Positions 39,601-52,900 of a stretch of DNA of 64,000 nucleotides are shown piece by piece. The stretch is from assembly GCA_965235115.1 (NCBI GenBank), contig OZ249436.1, positions 47,246,001-47,310,000 of the forward strand. The letters are read 5' to 3'. Both the position numbers and the translations under genes were made by a program. Below the pieces are notes generated by a model. The model was given only the letters and a program-made list of their open reading frames with translations, made no database searches and was not told where the DNA came from. How positions within the stretch are numbered: position 1 is the first letter of the stretch; the number at the start of each line of letters is the position of its first letter. The DNA is from Laetmonice hystrix. Taxonomy: Eukaryota.

Positions 39601-42600
39601 CGTTGTCAGGCCGTCCCAATGACTCTTTGCCGTCAAGGTTTAGTTAACAATGGCAAATGACGTTGAACGCCTATTCTATATCAGATATCCCATCCCCAAG
39701 TAACAAACAAACAAAGGATGATTACCCAGAGATATTGCCGGCAGAAAACACCAGGGTGCAGCTGACGGCGCTGACTGCACTGCCGCCTTCCGGCCAGCGG
39801 TGGAATCACCACGTACACCTCGCCGGGCTGGCAGGCACCTGTGGCCCTGAGGCGAGAGACAGGTTAAAGCAACGATAAGCGAAACATTTCTACATTTTTG
39901 TACGTCAAATTGAATGTACGGCCCCCAAAATTATTATTCTTAGGCCAGATGTATAATTGTCAAGCGTATAGGTCTCGTACGTTCGCTACAGATATATGGT
40001 TGTGATGTGTACACTTCCCATTTGAGTATCTTCTCCTGATTTTAACATTAGATCCTCCTCGCCTGTACCTTTCATTTTCACTTCCTCACTGTAGTGTTTG
40101 CATGGCTACTATAGGCCAGCTGGTAAGTTGTAGGGACTTCTCACTCTACTGGTTGGCCTCCCACACTGCTTGGCTCCATAGTGTACTCACTGTACTCTTT
40201 GGCCTCACTGTAGTGTTCGTTTGGGTGCTAAGCCAGCCAGTATACCATGTAGCGATTCCCCCCCGTACTGTTTGGCCTCCCTGTACCGTTTGCTTGTATA
40301 CAAGAGTAGCCAGTAGTATAGGGACGCCTCATGTTTCAGTTTCCATGCCTTTATTGTCCAGGAGGCAGGCCATCCGTTTCGTCTATCATCTACTCCCATC
40401 TAATCTGTGTCCCCTACATACCATCTGTAAGCGTCCGACAACGTTGTCAGATCGTCCCAATGACTGTTTGCCGTCAAGGTTTAGTTAACAATGGCAAATG
40501 ACGTTGAACGCCTATTCTATATCAGATATCCCATCCCCACGTAACAAACAAACAAAGGATGATTACCCAGAGATATTGCCGGCAGAAAACACCAGGGTGC
40601 AGCTGACGGCGCTGACTGCACTGCCGCCTTCCGGCCAGCGGTGGAATCACCACGTACACCTCGCCGGGCTGGCAGGCACCTGTGGCCCTGAGGCGAGAGA
40701 CAGGTTAAAGCAACGATAAGCGAAACATTTCTACATTTTTGTACGTCAAATTGAATGTACGGCCCCCAAAATTATTATTCTTAGGCCAGATGTATAATTG
40801 TCAAGCGTATAGGTCTCGTACGTTCGCTACAGATATATGGTTGTGATGTGTACACTTCCCATTTGAGTATCTTCTCCTGATTTTAACATTAGATCCTCCT
40901 CGCCTGTACCTTTCATTTTCACTACCTCACTGTAGTGTTTGCATGGCTACTATAGGCCAGCTGGTAAGTTGTAGGGATTTCTCACTCTACTGGTTGGCCT
41001 CCCACACTGCTTGGCTCCATAGTGTACTCACTGTACTCTTTGGCCTCACTGTAGTGTTCGTTTGGGTGCTAAGCCAGCCAGTATACCATGTAGCGATTCC
41101 TCCCCGTACTGTTTGGCCTCCCTGTACCGTTTGCTTGTATACAAGAGTAGCCAGTAGTATAGGGACGCCTCATGTTTCAGTTTCCATGCCTTTATTGTCC
41201 AGGAAGCAGGCCATCCGTTTCGTCTATCATCTACTCCCATCTAATCTGTGTCCCCTACATACCATCTGTAAGCGTCCGACAACGTTGTCAGGCCGTCCCA
41301 ATGACTGTTTGCCGTCAAGGTTTAGTTAACAATGGCAAATGACGTTGAACGCCTATTCTATATCAGATATCCCATCCCCAAGTAACAAACAAACAAAGGA
41401 TGATTACCCAGAGATATTGCCGGCAGAAAACACCAGGGTGCAGCTGACGGCGCTGACTGCACTGCCGCCTTCCGGCCAGCGGTGGAATCACCACGTAAAC
41501 CTCGCCGGGCTGGCAGGCACCTGTGGCCCTGAGGCGAGAGACAGGTTAAAGCAACGATAAGCGAAACATTTCTACATTTTTGTAAGTCAAATTGAATGTA
41601 CGGCCCCCAAAATTATTATTCTTAGGCCAGATGTATAATTGTCAAGCGTATAGGTCTCGTACGTTCGCTACAGATATATGGTTGTGATGTGTACACTTTC
41701 CATTTGAGTATCTTCTCCTGATTTTAACATTAGATGCTCCTCGCCTGTACCTTTCATTTTCACTACCTCACTGTAGTGTTTGCATGGCTACTATAGGCCA
41801 GCTGGTAAGTTGTAGGGACTTCTCACTCGACTGGTTGGCCTCCCACACTGCTTGGCTCCATAGTGTACTCACTGTACTCTTTGGCCTCACTGTAGTGTTC
41901 GTTTGGGTGCTAAGCCAGCCAGTATACCATGTAGCGATTCCTCCCCGTACTGTTTGGCCTCCCTGTACCGTTTGCTTGTATACAAGAGTAGCCAGTAGTA
42001 TAGGGACGCCTCATGTTTCAGTTTCCATGCCTTTATTGTCCAGGAGGCAGGCCATCCGTTTCGTCTATCATCTACTCCCATCTAATCTGTGTCCCCTACA
42101 TACCATCTGTAAGCGTCCGACAACGTTGTCAGGCCGTCCCAATGACTCTTTGCCGTCAAGGTTTAGTTAACAATGGCAAATGACGTTGAACGCCTATTCT
42201 ATATCAGATATCCCATCCCCAAGTAACAAACAAACAAAGGATGATTACCCAGAGATATTGCCGGCAGAAAACACCAGGGTGCAGCTGACGGCGCTGACTG
42301 CACTGCCGCCTTCCGGCCAGCGGTGGAATCACCACGTACACCTCGCCGGGCTGGCAGGCACCTGTGGCCCTGAGGCGAGAGACAGGTTAAAGCAACGATA
42401 AGCGAAACATTTCTACATTTTTGTACGTCAAATTGAATGTACGGCCCCCAAAATTATTATTCTTAGGCCAGATGTATAATTGTCAAGCGTATAGGTCTCG
42501 TACGTTCGCTACAGATATATGGTTGTGATGTGTACACTTCCCATTTGAGTATCTTCTCCTGATTTTAACATTAGATCCTCCTCGCCTGTACCTTTCATTT

Positions 42601-45600
42601 TCACTTCCTCACTGTAGTGTTTGCATGGCTACTATAGGCCAGCTGGTAAGTTGTAGGGACTTCTCACTCTACTGGTTGGCCTCCCACACTGCTTGGCTCC
42701 ATAGTGTACTCACTGTACTCTTTGGCCTCACTGTAGTGTTCGTTTGGGTGCTAAGCCAGCCAGTATACCATGTAGCGATTAATCCCCGTACTGTTTGGCC
42801 TCCCTGTACCGTTTGCTTGTATACAAGAGTAGCCAGTAGTATAGGGACGCCTCATGTTTCAGTTTCCATGCCTTTATTGTCCAGGAGGCAGGCCATCCGT
42901 TTCGTCTATCATCTACTCCCATCTAATCTGTGTCCCCTACATACCATCTGTAAGCGTCCGACAACGTTGTCAGATCGTCCCAATGACTGTTTGCCGTCAA
43001 GGTTTAGTTAACAATGGCAAATGACGTTGAACGCCTATTCTATATCAGATATCCCATCCCCACGTAACAAACAAACAAAGGATGATTACCCAGAGATATT
43101 GCCGGCAGAAAACACCAGGGTGCAGCTGACGGCGCTGACTGCACTGCCGCCTTCCGGCCAGCGGTGGAATCACCACGTACACCTCGCCGGGCTGGCAGGC
43201 ACCTGTGGCCCTGAGGCAATAGAGACAGGTTAAAGCAACGATAAGCGAAACATTTCTACATTTTTGTACGTCAAATTGAATGTACGGCCCCCAAAATTAT
43301 TATTCTTAGGCCAGATGTATAATTGTCAAGCGTATAGGTCTCGTACGTTCGCTACAGATATATGGTTGTGATGTGTACACTTCCCATTTCAGTATCTTCT
43401 CCTGATTTTAACATTAGATCCTCCTCGCCTGTACCTTTCATTTTCACTACCTCACTGTAGTGTTTGCATGGCTACTATAGGCCAGCTGGTAAGTTGTAGG
43501 GATTTCTCACTCTACTGGTTGGCCTCCCACACTGCTTGGCTCCATAGTGTACTCACTGTACTCTTTGGCCTCACTGTAGTGTTCGTTTGGGTGCTAAGCC
43601 AGCCAGTATACCATGTAGCGATTCCTCCCCGTACTGTTTGGCCTCCCTGTACCGTTTGCTTGTATACAAGAGTAGCCAGTAGTATAGGGACGCCTCATGT
43701 TTCAGTTTCCATGCCTTTATTGTCCAGGAGGCAGGCCATCCGTTTCGTCTATCATCTACTCCCATCTAATCTGTGTCCCCTACATACCATCTGTAAGCGT
43801 CCGACAACGTTGTCAGGCCGTCCCAATGACTGTTTGCCGTCAAGGTTTAGTTAACAATGGCAAATGACGTTGAACGCCTATTCTATATCAGATATCCCAT
43901 CCCCAAGTAACAAACAAACAAAGGATGATTACCCAGAGATATTGCCGGCAGAAAACACCAGGGTGCAGCTGACGGCGCTGACTGCACTGCCGCCTTCCGG
44001 CCAGCGGTGGAATCACCACGTAAACCTCGCCCGGGCTGGCAGGCACCTGTGGCCCTGAGGCGAGAGACAGGTTAAAGCAACGATAAGCGAAACATTTCTA
44101 CATTTTTGTAAGTCAAATTGAATGTACGGCCCCCAAAATTATTATTCTTAGGCCAGATGTATAATTGTCAAGCGTATAGGTCTCGTACGTTCGCTACAGA
44201 TATATGGTTGTGATGTGTACACTTCCCATTTGAGTATCTTCTCCTGATTTTAACATTAGATGCTCCTCGCCTGTACCTTTCATTTTCACTACCTCACTGT
44301 AGTGTTTGCATGGCTACTATAGGCCAGCTGGTAAGTTGTAGGGACTTCTCACTCGACTGGTTGGCCTCCCACACTGCTTGGCTCCATAGTGTACTCACTG
44401 TACTCTTTGGCCTCACTGTAGTGTTCGTTTGGGTGCTAAGCCAGCCAGTATACCATGTAGCGATTCCTCCCCGTACTGTTTGGCCTCCCTGTACCGTTTG
44501 CTTGTATACAAGAGTAGCCAGTAGTATAGGGACGCCTCATGTTTCAGTTTCCATGCCTTTATTGTCCAGGAGGCAGGCCATCCGTTTCGTCTATCATCTA
44601 CTCCCATCTAATCTGTGTCCCCTACATACCATCTGTAAGCGTCCGACAACGTTGTCAGATCGTCCCAATGACTGTTTGCCGTCAAGGTTTAGTTAACAAT
44701 GGCAAATGACGTTGAACACCTATTCTATATCAGATATCCCATCCCCAAGTAACAAACAAACAAAGGATGATTACCCAGAGATATTGCCGGCAGAAAACAC
44801 CAGGGTGCAGCTGACGGCGCTGACTGCACTGCCGCCTTCCGGCCAGCGGTGGAATCACCACGTACACCTCGCCGGGCTGGCAGGCACCTGTGGCCCTGAG
44901 GCGAGAGACAGGTTAAAGCAACGATAAGCGAAACATTTCTACATTTTTGTACGTCAAATTGAATGTACGGCCCCCAAAATTATTATTCTTAGGCCAGATG
45001 TATAATTGTCAAGCGTATAGGTCTCGTACGTTCGCTACAGATATATGGTTGTGATGTGTACACTTCCCATTTGAGTATCTTCTCCTGATTTTAACATTAG
45101 ATCCTCCTCGCCTGTACCTTTCATTTTCACTACCTCACTGTAGTGTTTGCATGGCTACTATAGGCCAGCTGGTAAGTTGTAGGGACTTCTCACTCTACTG
45201 GTTGGCCTCCCACACTGCTTGGCTCCATAGTGTACTCACTGTACTCTTTGGCCTCACTGTAGTGTTCGTTTGGGTGCTAAGCCAGCCAGTGTACCTTGTA
45301 GCGATTCCTCCCCGTACTGTTTGGCCTCCCTGTACCGTTTGCTTGTATACAAGAGTAGCCAGTAGTATAGGGACGCCTCATGTTTCAGTTTCCATGCCTT
45401 TATTGTCCAGGAGGCAGGCCATCCATTTCGTCTATCATCTACTCCCATCTAATCTGTGTCCCCTACATACCATCTGTAAGCGTCCGACAACGTTGTCAGG
45501 TCGTCCCAATGACTGTTTGCCGTCAAGGTTTAGTTAACAATGGCAAATGACGTTGAACGCCTATTCTATATCAGATATCCCATCCCCAAGTAACAAACAA

Positions 45601-48600
45601 ACAAAAGATGATTACCCAGAGATATTGCCGGAAGAAAACACCAGGGTGCAGCTGACGGCGCTGACTGCACTGCCGCCTTCCGGCCAGCGGTGGAATCACC
45701 ACGTACACCTGGCCGGGCTGGCAGGCACCTGTGGCCCTGAAGCGAGAGACAGGTTAAAGCAATGATAAGCAAAAAATGACTACATTTTTGATACGTCAAA
45801 TTGAAAGTACGGCCCCCAAAATTATTATTCTTAGGCCAGATGTATAATTGTCAAGCGTATAGGTCTCGTACGTTCGCTACAGATATATGGTTGTGATGTG
45901 TACACTTCCCATTTGAGTATCTTCTCCTGATTTTAACATTAGATCCTCCTCGCCTGTACCTTTCATTTTCACTACCTCACTGTAGTGTTTGCATGGCTAC
46001 TATAGGCCAGCTGATAAGTTGTAGGGATTTCTCACTCTACTGGTTGGCCTCCCACACTGCTTGGCTCCATAGTGTACTCACTGTACTCTTTGGCCTCACT
46101 GTAGTGTTCGTTTGGATGCTAGGCCAGCCAGTATACCATGTAGCGATTCCTCCCCGTACTGTTTGGCAAGAGTAGCCAGTAGTATAGGGACGCCTCATGT
46201 TTCAGTTTCCATGCCTTTATTGTCCAGGAGGCAGGCCATCCGTTTCGTCTATCATCTACTCCCATCTAATCTGTGTCCCCTACATACCATCTGTAAGCGT
46301 CCGACAACGTTGTCAGGCCGTCCCAATGACTCTTTGCCGTCAAGGTTTAGTTAACAATGGCAAATGACGTTGAACGCCTATTCTATATCAGATATCCCAT
46401 CCCCACGTAACAAACAAACAAAGGATGATTACCCAGAGATATTGCCGGCAGAAAACACCAGGGTGCAGCTGACGGCGCTGACTGCACTGCCGCCTTCCGG
46501 CCAGCGGTGGAATCACCACGTACACCTCGCCGGGCTGGCAGGCACCTGTGGCCCTGAGGCGAGAGACAGGTTAAAGCAACGATAAGCGAAACATTTCTAC
46601 ATTTTTGTACGTCAAATTGAATGTACGGCCCCCAAAATTATTATTCTTAGGCCAGATGTATAATTGTCAAGCGTATAGGTCTCGTACGTTCGCTACAGAT
46701 ATATGGTTGTGATGTGTACACTTCCCATTTGAGTATCTTCTCCTGATTTTAACATTAGATCCTCCTCGCCTGTACCTTTCATTTTCACTACCTCACTGTA
46801 GTGTTTGCATGGCTACTATAGGCCAGCTGATAAGTTGTAGGGATTTCTCACTCTACTGGTTGGCCTCCCACACTGCTTGGCTCCATAGTGTACTCACTGT
46901 ACTCTTTGGCCTCACTGTAGTGTTCGTTTGGATGCTAGGCCAGCCAGTATACCATGTAGCGATTCCTCCCCGTACTGTTTGGCAAGAGTAGCCAGTAGTA
47001 TAGGGACGCCTCATGTTTCAGTTTCCATGCCTTTATTGTCCAGGAGGCAGGCCATCCGTTTCGTCTATCATCTACTCCCATCTAATCTGTGTCCCCTACA
47101 TACCATCTGTAAGCGTCCGACAACGTTGTCAGGCCGTCCCAATGACTCTTTGCCGTCAAGGTTTAGTTAACAATGGCAAATGACGTTGAACGCCTATTCT
47201 ATATCAGATATCCCATCCCCAAGTAACAAACAAACAAAGGATGATTACCCAGAGATATTGCCGGCAGAAAACACCAGGGTGCAGCTGACGGCGCTGACTG
47301 CACTGCCGCCTTCCGGCCAGCGGTGGAATCACCACGTACACCTCGCCGGGCTGGCAGGCACCTGTGGCCCTGAGGCGAGAGACAGGTTAAAGCAACGATA
47401 AGCGAAACATTTCTACATTTTTGTACGTCAAATTGAATGTACGGCCCCCAAAATTATTATTCTTAGGCCAGATGTATAATTGTCAAGCGTATAGGTCTCG
47501 TACGTTCGCTACAGATATATGGTTGTGATGTGTACACTTCCCATTTGAGTATCTTCTCCTGATTTTAACATTAGATCCTCCTCGCCTGTACCTTTCATTT
47601 TCACTTCCTCACTGTAGTGTTTGCATGGCTACTATAGGCCAGCTGGTAAGTTGTAGGGACTTCTCACTCTACTGGTTGGCCTCCCACACTGCTTGGCTCC
47701 ATAGTGTACTCACTGTACTCTTTGGCCTCACTGTAGTGTTCGTTTGGGTGCTAAGCCAGCCAGTATACCATGTAGCGATTCCTCCCCGTACTGTTTGGCC
47801 TCCCTGTACCGTTTGCTTGTATACAAGAGTAGCCAGTAGTATAGGGACGCCTCATGTTTCAGTTTCCATGCCTTTATTGTCCAGGAGGCAGGCCATCCGT
47901 TTCGTCTATCATCTACTCCCATCTAATCTGTGTCCCCTACATACCATCTGTAAGCGTCCGACAACGTTGTCAGATCGTCCCAATGACTGTTTGCCGTCAA
48001 GGTTTAGTTAACAATGGCAAATGACGTTGAACACCTATTCTATATCAGATATCCCATCCCCAAGTAACAAACAAACAAAGGATGATTACCCAGAGATATT
48101 GCCGGCAGAAAACACCAGGGTGCAGCTGACGGCGCTGACTGCACTGCCGCCTTCCGGCCAGCGGTGGAATCACCACGTACACCTCGCCGGGCTGGCAGGC
48201 ACCTGTGGCCCTGAGGCGAGAGACAGGTTAAAGCAACGATAAGCGAAACATTTCTACATTTTTGTACGTCAAATTGAATGTACGGCCCCCAAAATTATTA
48301 TTCTTAGGCCAGATGTATAATTGTCAAGCGTATAGGTCTCGTACGTTCGCTACAGATATATGGTTGTGATGTGTACACTTCCCATTTGAGTATCTTCTCC
48401 TGATTTTAACATTAGATCCTCCTCGCCTGTACCTTTCATTTTCACTACCTCACTGTAGTGTTTGCATGGCTACTATAGGCCAGCTGGTAAGTTGTAGGGA
48501 CTTCTCACTCTACTGGTTGGCCTCCCACACTGCTTGGCTCCATAGTGTACTCACTGTACTCTTTGGCCTCACTGTAGTGTTCGTTTGGGTGCTAAGCCAG

Positions 48601-49952
48601 CCAGTGTACCTTGTAGCGATTCCTCCCCGTACTGTTTGGCCTCCCTGTACCGTTTGCTTGTATACAAGAGTAGCCAGTAGTATAGGGACGCCTCATGTTT
48701 CAGTTTCCATGCCTTTATTGTCCAGGAGGCAGGCCATCCATTTCGTCTATCATCTACTCCCATCTAATCTGTGTCCCCTACATACCATCTGTAAGCGTCC
48801 GACAACGTTGTCAGGTCGTCCCAATGACTGTTTGCCGTCAAGGTTTAGTTAACAATGGCAAATGACGTTGAACGCCTATTCTATATCAGATATCCCATCC
48901 CCAAGTAACAAACAAACAAAAGATGATTACCCAGAGATATTGCCGGAAGAAAACACCAGGGTGCAGCTGACGGCGCTGACTGCACTGCCGCCTTCCGGCC
49001 AGCGGTGGAATCACCACGTACACCTGGCCGGGCTGGCAGGCACCTGTGGCCCTGAAGCGAGAGACAGGTTAAAGCAATGATAAGCAAAAAATGACTACAT
49101 TTTTGATACGTCAAATTGAAAGTACGGCCCCCAAAATTATTATTCTTAGGCCAGATGTATAATTGTCAAGCGTATAGGTCTCGTACGTTCGCTACAGATA
49201 TATGGTTGTGATGTGTACACTTCCCATTTGAGTATCTTCTCCTGATTTTAACATTAGATCCTCCTCGCCTGTACCTTTCATTTTCACTACCTCACTGTAG
49301 TGTTTGCATGGCTACTATAGGCCAGCTGATAAGTTGTAGGGATTTCTCACTCTACTGGTTGGCCTCCCACACTGCTTGGCTCCATAGTGTACTCACTGTA
49401 CTCTTTGGCCTCACTGTAGTGTTCGTTTGGATGCTAGGCCAGCCAGTATACCATGTAGCGATTCCTCCCCGTACTGTTTGGCAAGAGTAGCCAGTAGTAT
49501 AGGGACGCCTCATGTTTCAGTTTCCATGCCTTTATTGTCCAGGAGGCAGGCCATCCGTTTCGTCTATCATCTACTCCCATCTAATCTGTGTCCCCTACAT
49601 ACCATCTGTAAGCGTCCGACAACGTTGTCAGGCCGTCCCAATGACTCTTTGCCGTCAAGGTTTAGTTAACAATGGCAAATGACGTTGAACGCCTATTCTA
49701 TATCAGATATCCCATCCCCACGTAACAAACAAACAAAGGATGATTACCCAGAGATATTGCCGGCAGAAAACACCAGGGTGCAGCTGACGGCGCTGACTGC
49801 ACTGCCGCCTTCCGGCCAGCGGTGGAATCACCACGTACACCTCGCCGGGCTGGCAGGCACCTGTGGCCCTGAGGCGAGAGACAGGTTAAAGCAACGATAA
49901 GCGAAACATTTCTACATTTTTGTACGTCAAATTGAATGTACGGCCCCCAAAA
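21611..49952. repeat. 17-monomer HOR (14,171 bp) x2: 21611-35781 and 35782-49952
   Basis: All 17 unit types and their rare markers recur at +14,171, e.g. ccttgcagc, ggcaatagag (ORF ends 29062->43233) and the +1 C in cctcgcccggg (29887->44058). Confidence 0.93.
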
Positions 49953-52900
49953 TTATTATTCTTAGGCCAGATGTATAATTGTCAAGCGTATAGGTCTCGT
50001 ACGTTCGCTACAGATATATGGTTGTGATGTGTACACTTCCCATTTGAGTATCTTCTCCTGATTTTAACATTAGATCCTCCTCGCCTGTACCTTTCATTTT
50101 CACTACCTCACTGTAGTGTTTGCATGGCTACTATAGGCCAGCTGGTAAGTTGTAGGGATTTCTCACTCTACTGGTTGGCCTCCCACACTGCTTGGCTCCA
50201 TAGTGTACTCACTGTACTCTTTGGCCTCACTGTAGTGTTCGTTTGGGTGCTAAGCCAGCCAGTATACCATGTAGCGATTCCTCCCCGTACTGTTTGGCCT
50301 CCCTGTACCGTTTGCTTATATACAAGAGTAGCCAGTAGTATAGGGACGCCTCATGTTTCAGTTTCCATGCCTTTATTGTCCAGGAGGCAGGCCATCCGTT
50401 TCGTCTATCATCTACTCCCATCTAATCTGTGTCCCCTACATACCATCTGTAAGCGTCCGACAACGTTGTCAGATCGTCCCAATGACTGTTTGCCGTCAAG
50501 GTTTAGTTAACAATGGCAAATGACGTTGAACGCCTATTCTATATCAGATATCCCATCCCCAAGTAACAAACAAACAAAGGATGATTACCCAGAGATATTG
50601 CCGGCAGAAAACACCAGGGTGCAGCTGACGGCGCTGACTGCACTGCCGCCTTCCGGCCAGCGGTGGAATCACCACGTACACCTCGCCGGGCTGGCAGGCA
50701 CCTGTGGCCCTGAGGCGAGAGACAGGTTAAAGCAACGATAAGCGAAACATTTCTACATTTTTGTACGTCAAATTGAATGTACGGCCCCCAAAATTATTAT
50801 TCTTAGGCCAGATGTATAATTGTCAAGCGTATAGGTCTCGTACGTTCGCTACAGATATATGGTTGTGATGTGTACACTTCCCATTTGAGTATCTTCTCCT
50901 GATTTTAACATTAGATCCTCCTCGCCTGTACCTTTCATTTTCACTACCTCACTGTAGTGTTTGCATGGCTACTATAGGCCAGCTGATAAGTTGTAGGGAT
51001 TTCTCACTCTACTGGTTGGCCTCCCACACTGCTTGGCTCCATAGTGTACTCACTGTACTCTTTGGCCTCACTGTAGTGTTCGTTTGGATGCTAGGCCAGC
51101 CAGTATACCTTGTAGCGATTCCTCCCCGTACTGTTTGGCAAGAGTAGCCAGTAGTATAGGGACGCCTCATGTTTCAGTTTCCATGCCTTTATTGTCCAGG
51201 AGGCAGGCCATCCGTTTCGTCTATCATCTACTCCCATCTAATCTGTGTCCCCTACATACCATCTGTAAGCGTCCGACAACGTTGTCAGGCCGTCCCAATG
51301 ACTCTTTGCCGTCAAGGTTTAGTTAACAATGGCAAATGACGTTGAACGCCTATTCTATATCAGATATCCCATCCCCAAGTAACAAACAAACAAAGGATGA
51401 TTACCCAGAGATATTGCCGGCAGAAAACACCAGGGTGCAGCTGACGGCGCTGACTGCACTGCCGCCTTCCGGCCAGCGGTGGAATCACCACGTACACCTC
51501 GCCGGGCTGGCAGGCACCTGTGGCCCTGAGGCGAGAGACAGGTTAAAGCAACGATAAGCGAAACATTTCTACATTTTTGTACGTCAAATTGAATGTACGG
51601 CCCCCAAAATTATTATTCTTAGGCCAGATGTATAATTGTCAAGCGTATAGGTCTCGTACGTTCGCTACAGATATATGGTTGTGATGTGTACACTTCCCAT
51701 TTGAGTATCTTCTCCTGATTTTAACATTAGATCCTCCTCGCCTGTACCTTTCATTTTCACTTCCTCACTGTAGTGTTTGCATGGCTACTATAGGCCAGCT
51801 GGTAAGTTGTAGGGACTTCTCACTCTACTGGTTGGCCTCCCACACTGCTTGGCTCCATAGTGTACTCACTGTACTCTTTGGCCTCACTGTAGTGTTCGTT
51901 TGGGTGCTAAGCCAGCCAGTATACCATGTAGCGATTCCCCCCCGTACTGTTTGGCCTCCCTGTACCGTTTGCTTGTATACAAGAGTAGCCAGTAGTATAG
52001 GGACGCCTCATGTTTCAGTTTCCATGCCTTTATTGTCCAGGAGGCAGGCCATCCGTTTCGTCTATCATCTACTCCCATCTAATCTGTGTCCCCTACATAC
52101 CATCTGTAAGCGTCCGACAACGTTGTCAGATCGTCCCAATGACTGTTTGCCGTCAAGGTTTAGTTAACAATGGCAAATGACGTTGAACGCCTATTCTATA
52201 TCAGATATCCCATCCCCACGTAACAAACAAACAAAGGATGATTACCCAGAGATATTGCCGGCAGAAAACACCAGGGTGCAGCTGACGGCGCTGACTGCAC
52301 TGCCGCCTTCCGGCCAGCGGTGGAATCACCACGTACACCTCGCCGGGCTGGCAGGCACCTGTGGCCCTGAGGCGAGAGACAGGTTAAAGCAACGATAAGC
52401 GAAACATTTCTACATTTTTGTACGTCAAATTGAATGTACGGCCCCCAAAATTATTATTCTTAGGCCAGATGTATAATTGTCAAGCGTATAGGTCTCGTAC
52501 GTTCGCTACAGATATATGGTTGTGATGTGTACACTTCCCATTTGAGTATCTTCTCCTGATTTTAACATTAGATCCTCCTCGCCTGTACCTTTCATTTTCA
52601 CTACCTCACTGTAGTGTTTGCATGGCTACTATAGGCCAGCTGGTAAGTTGTAGGGATTTCTCACTCTACTGGTTGGCCTCCCACACTGCTTGGCTCCATA
52701 GTGTACTCACTGTACTCTTTGGCCTCACTGTAGTGTTCGTTTGGGTGCTAAGCCAGCCAGTATACCATGTAGCGATTCCTCCCCGTACTGTTTGGCCTCC
52801 CTGTACCGTTTGCTTGTATACAAGAGTAGCCAGTAGTATAGGGACGCCTCATGTTTCAGTTTCCATGCCTTTATTGTCCAGGAAGCAGGCCATCCGTTTC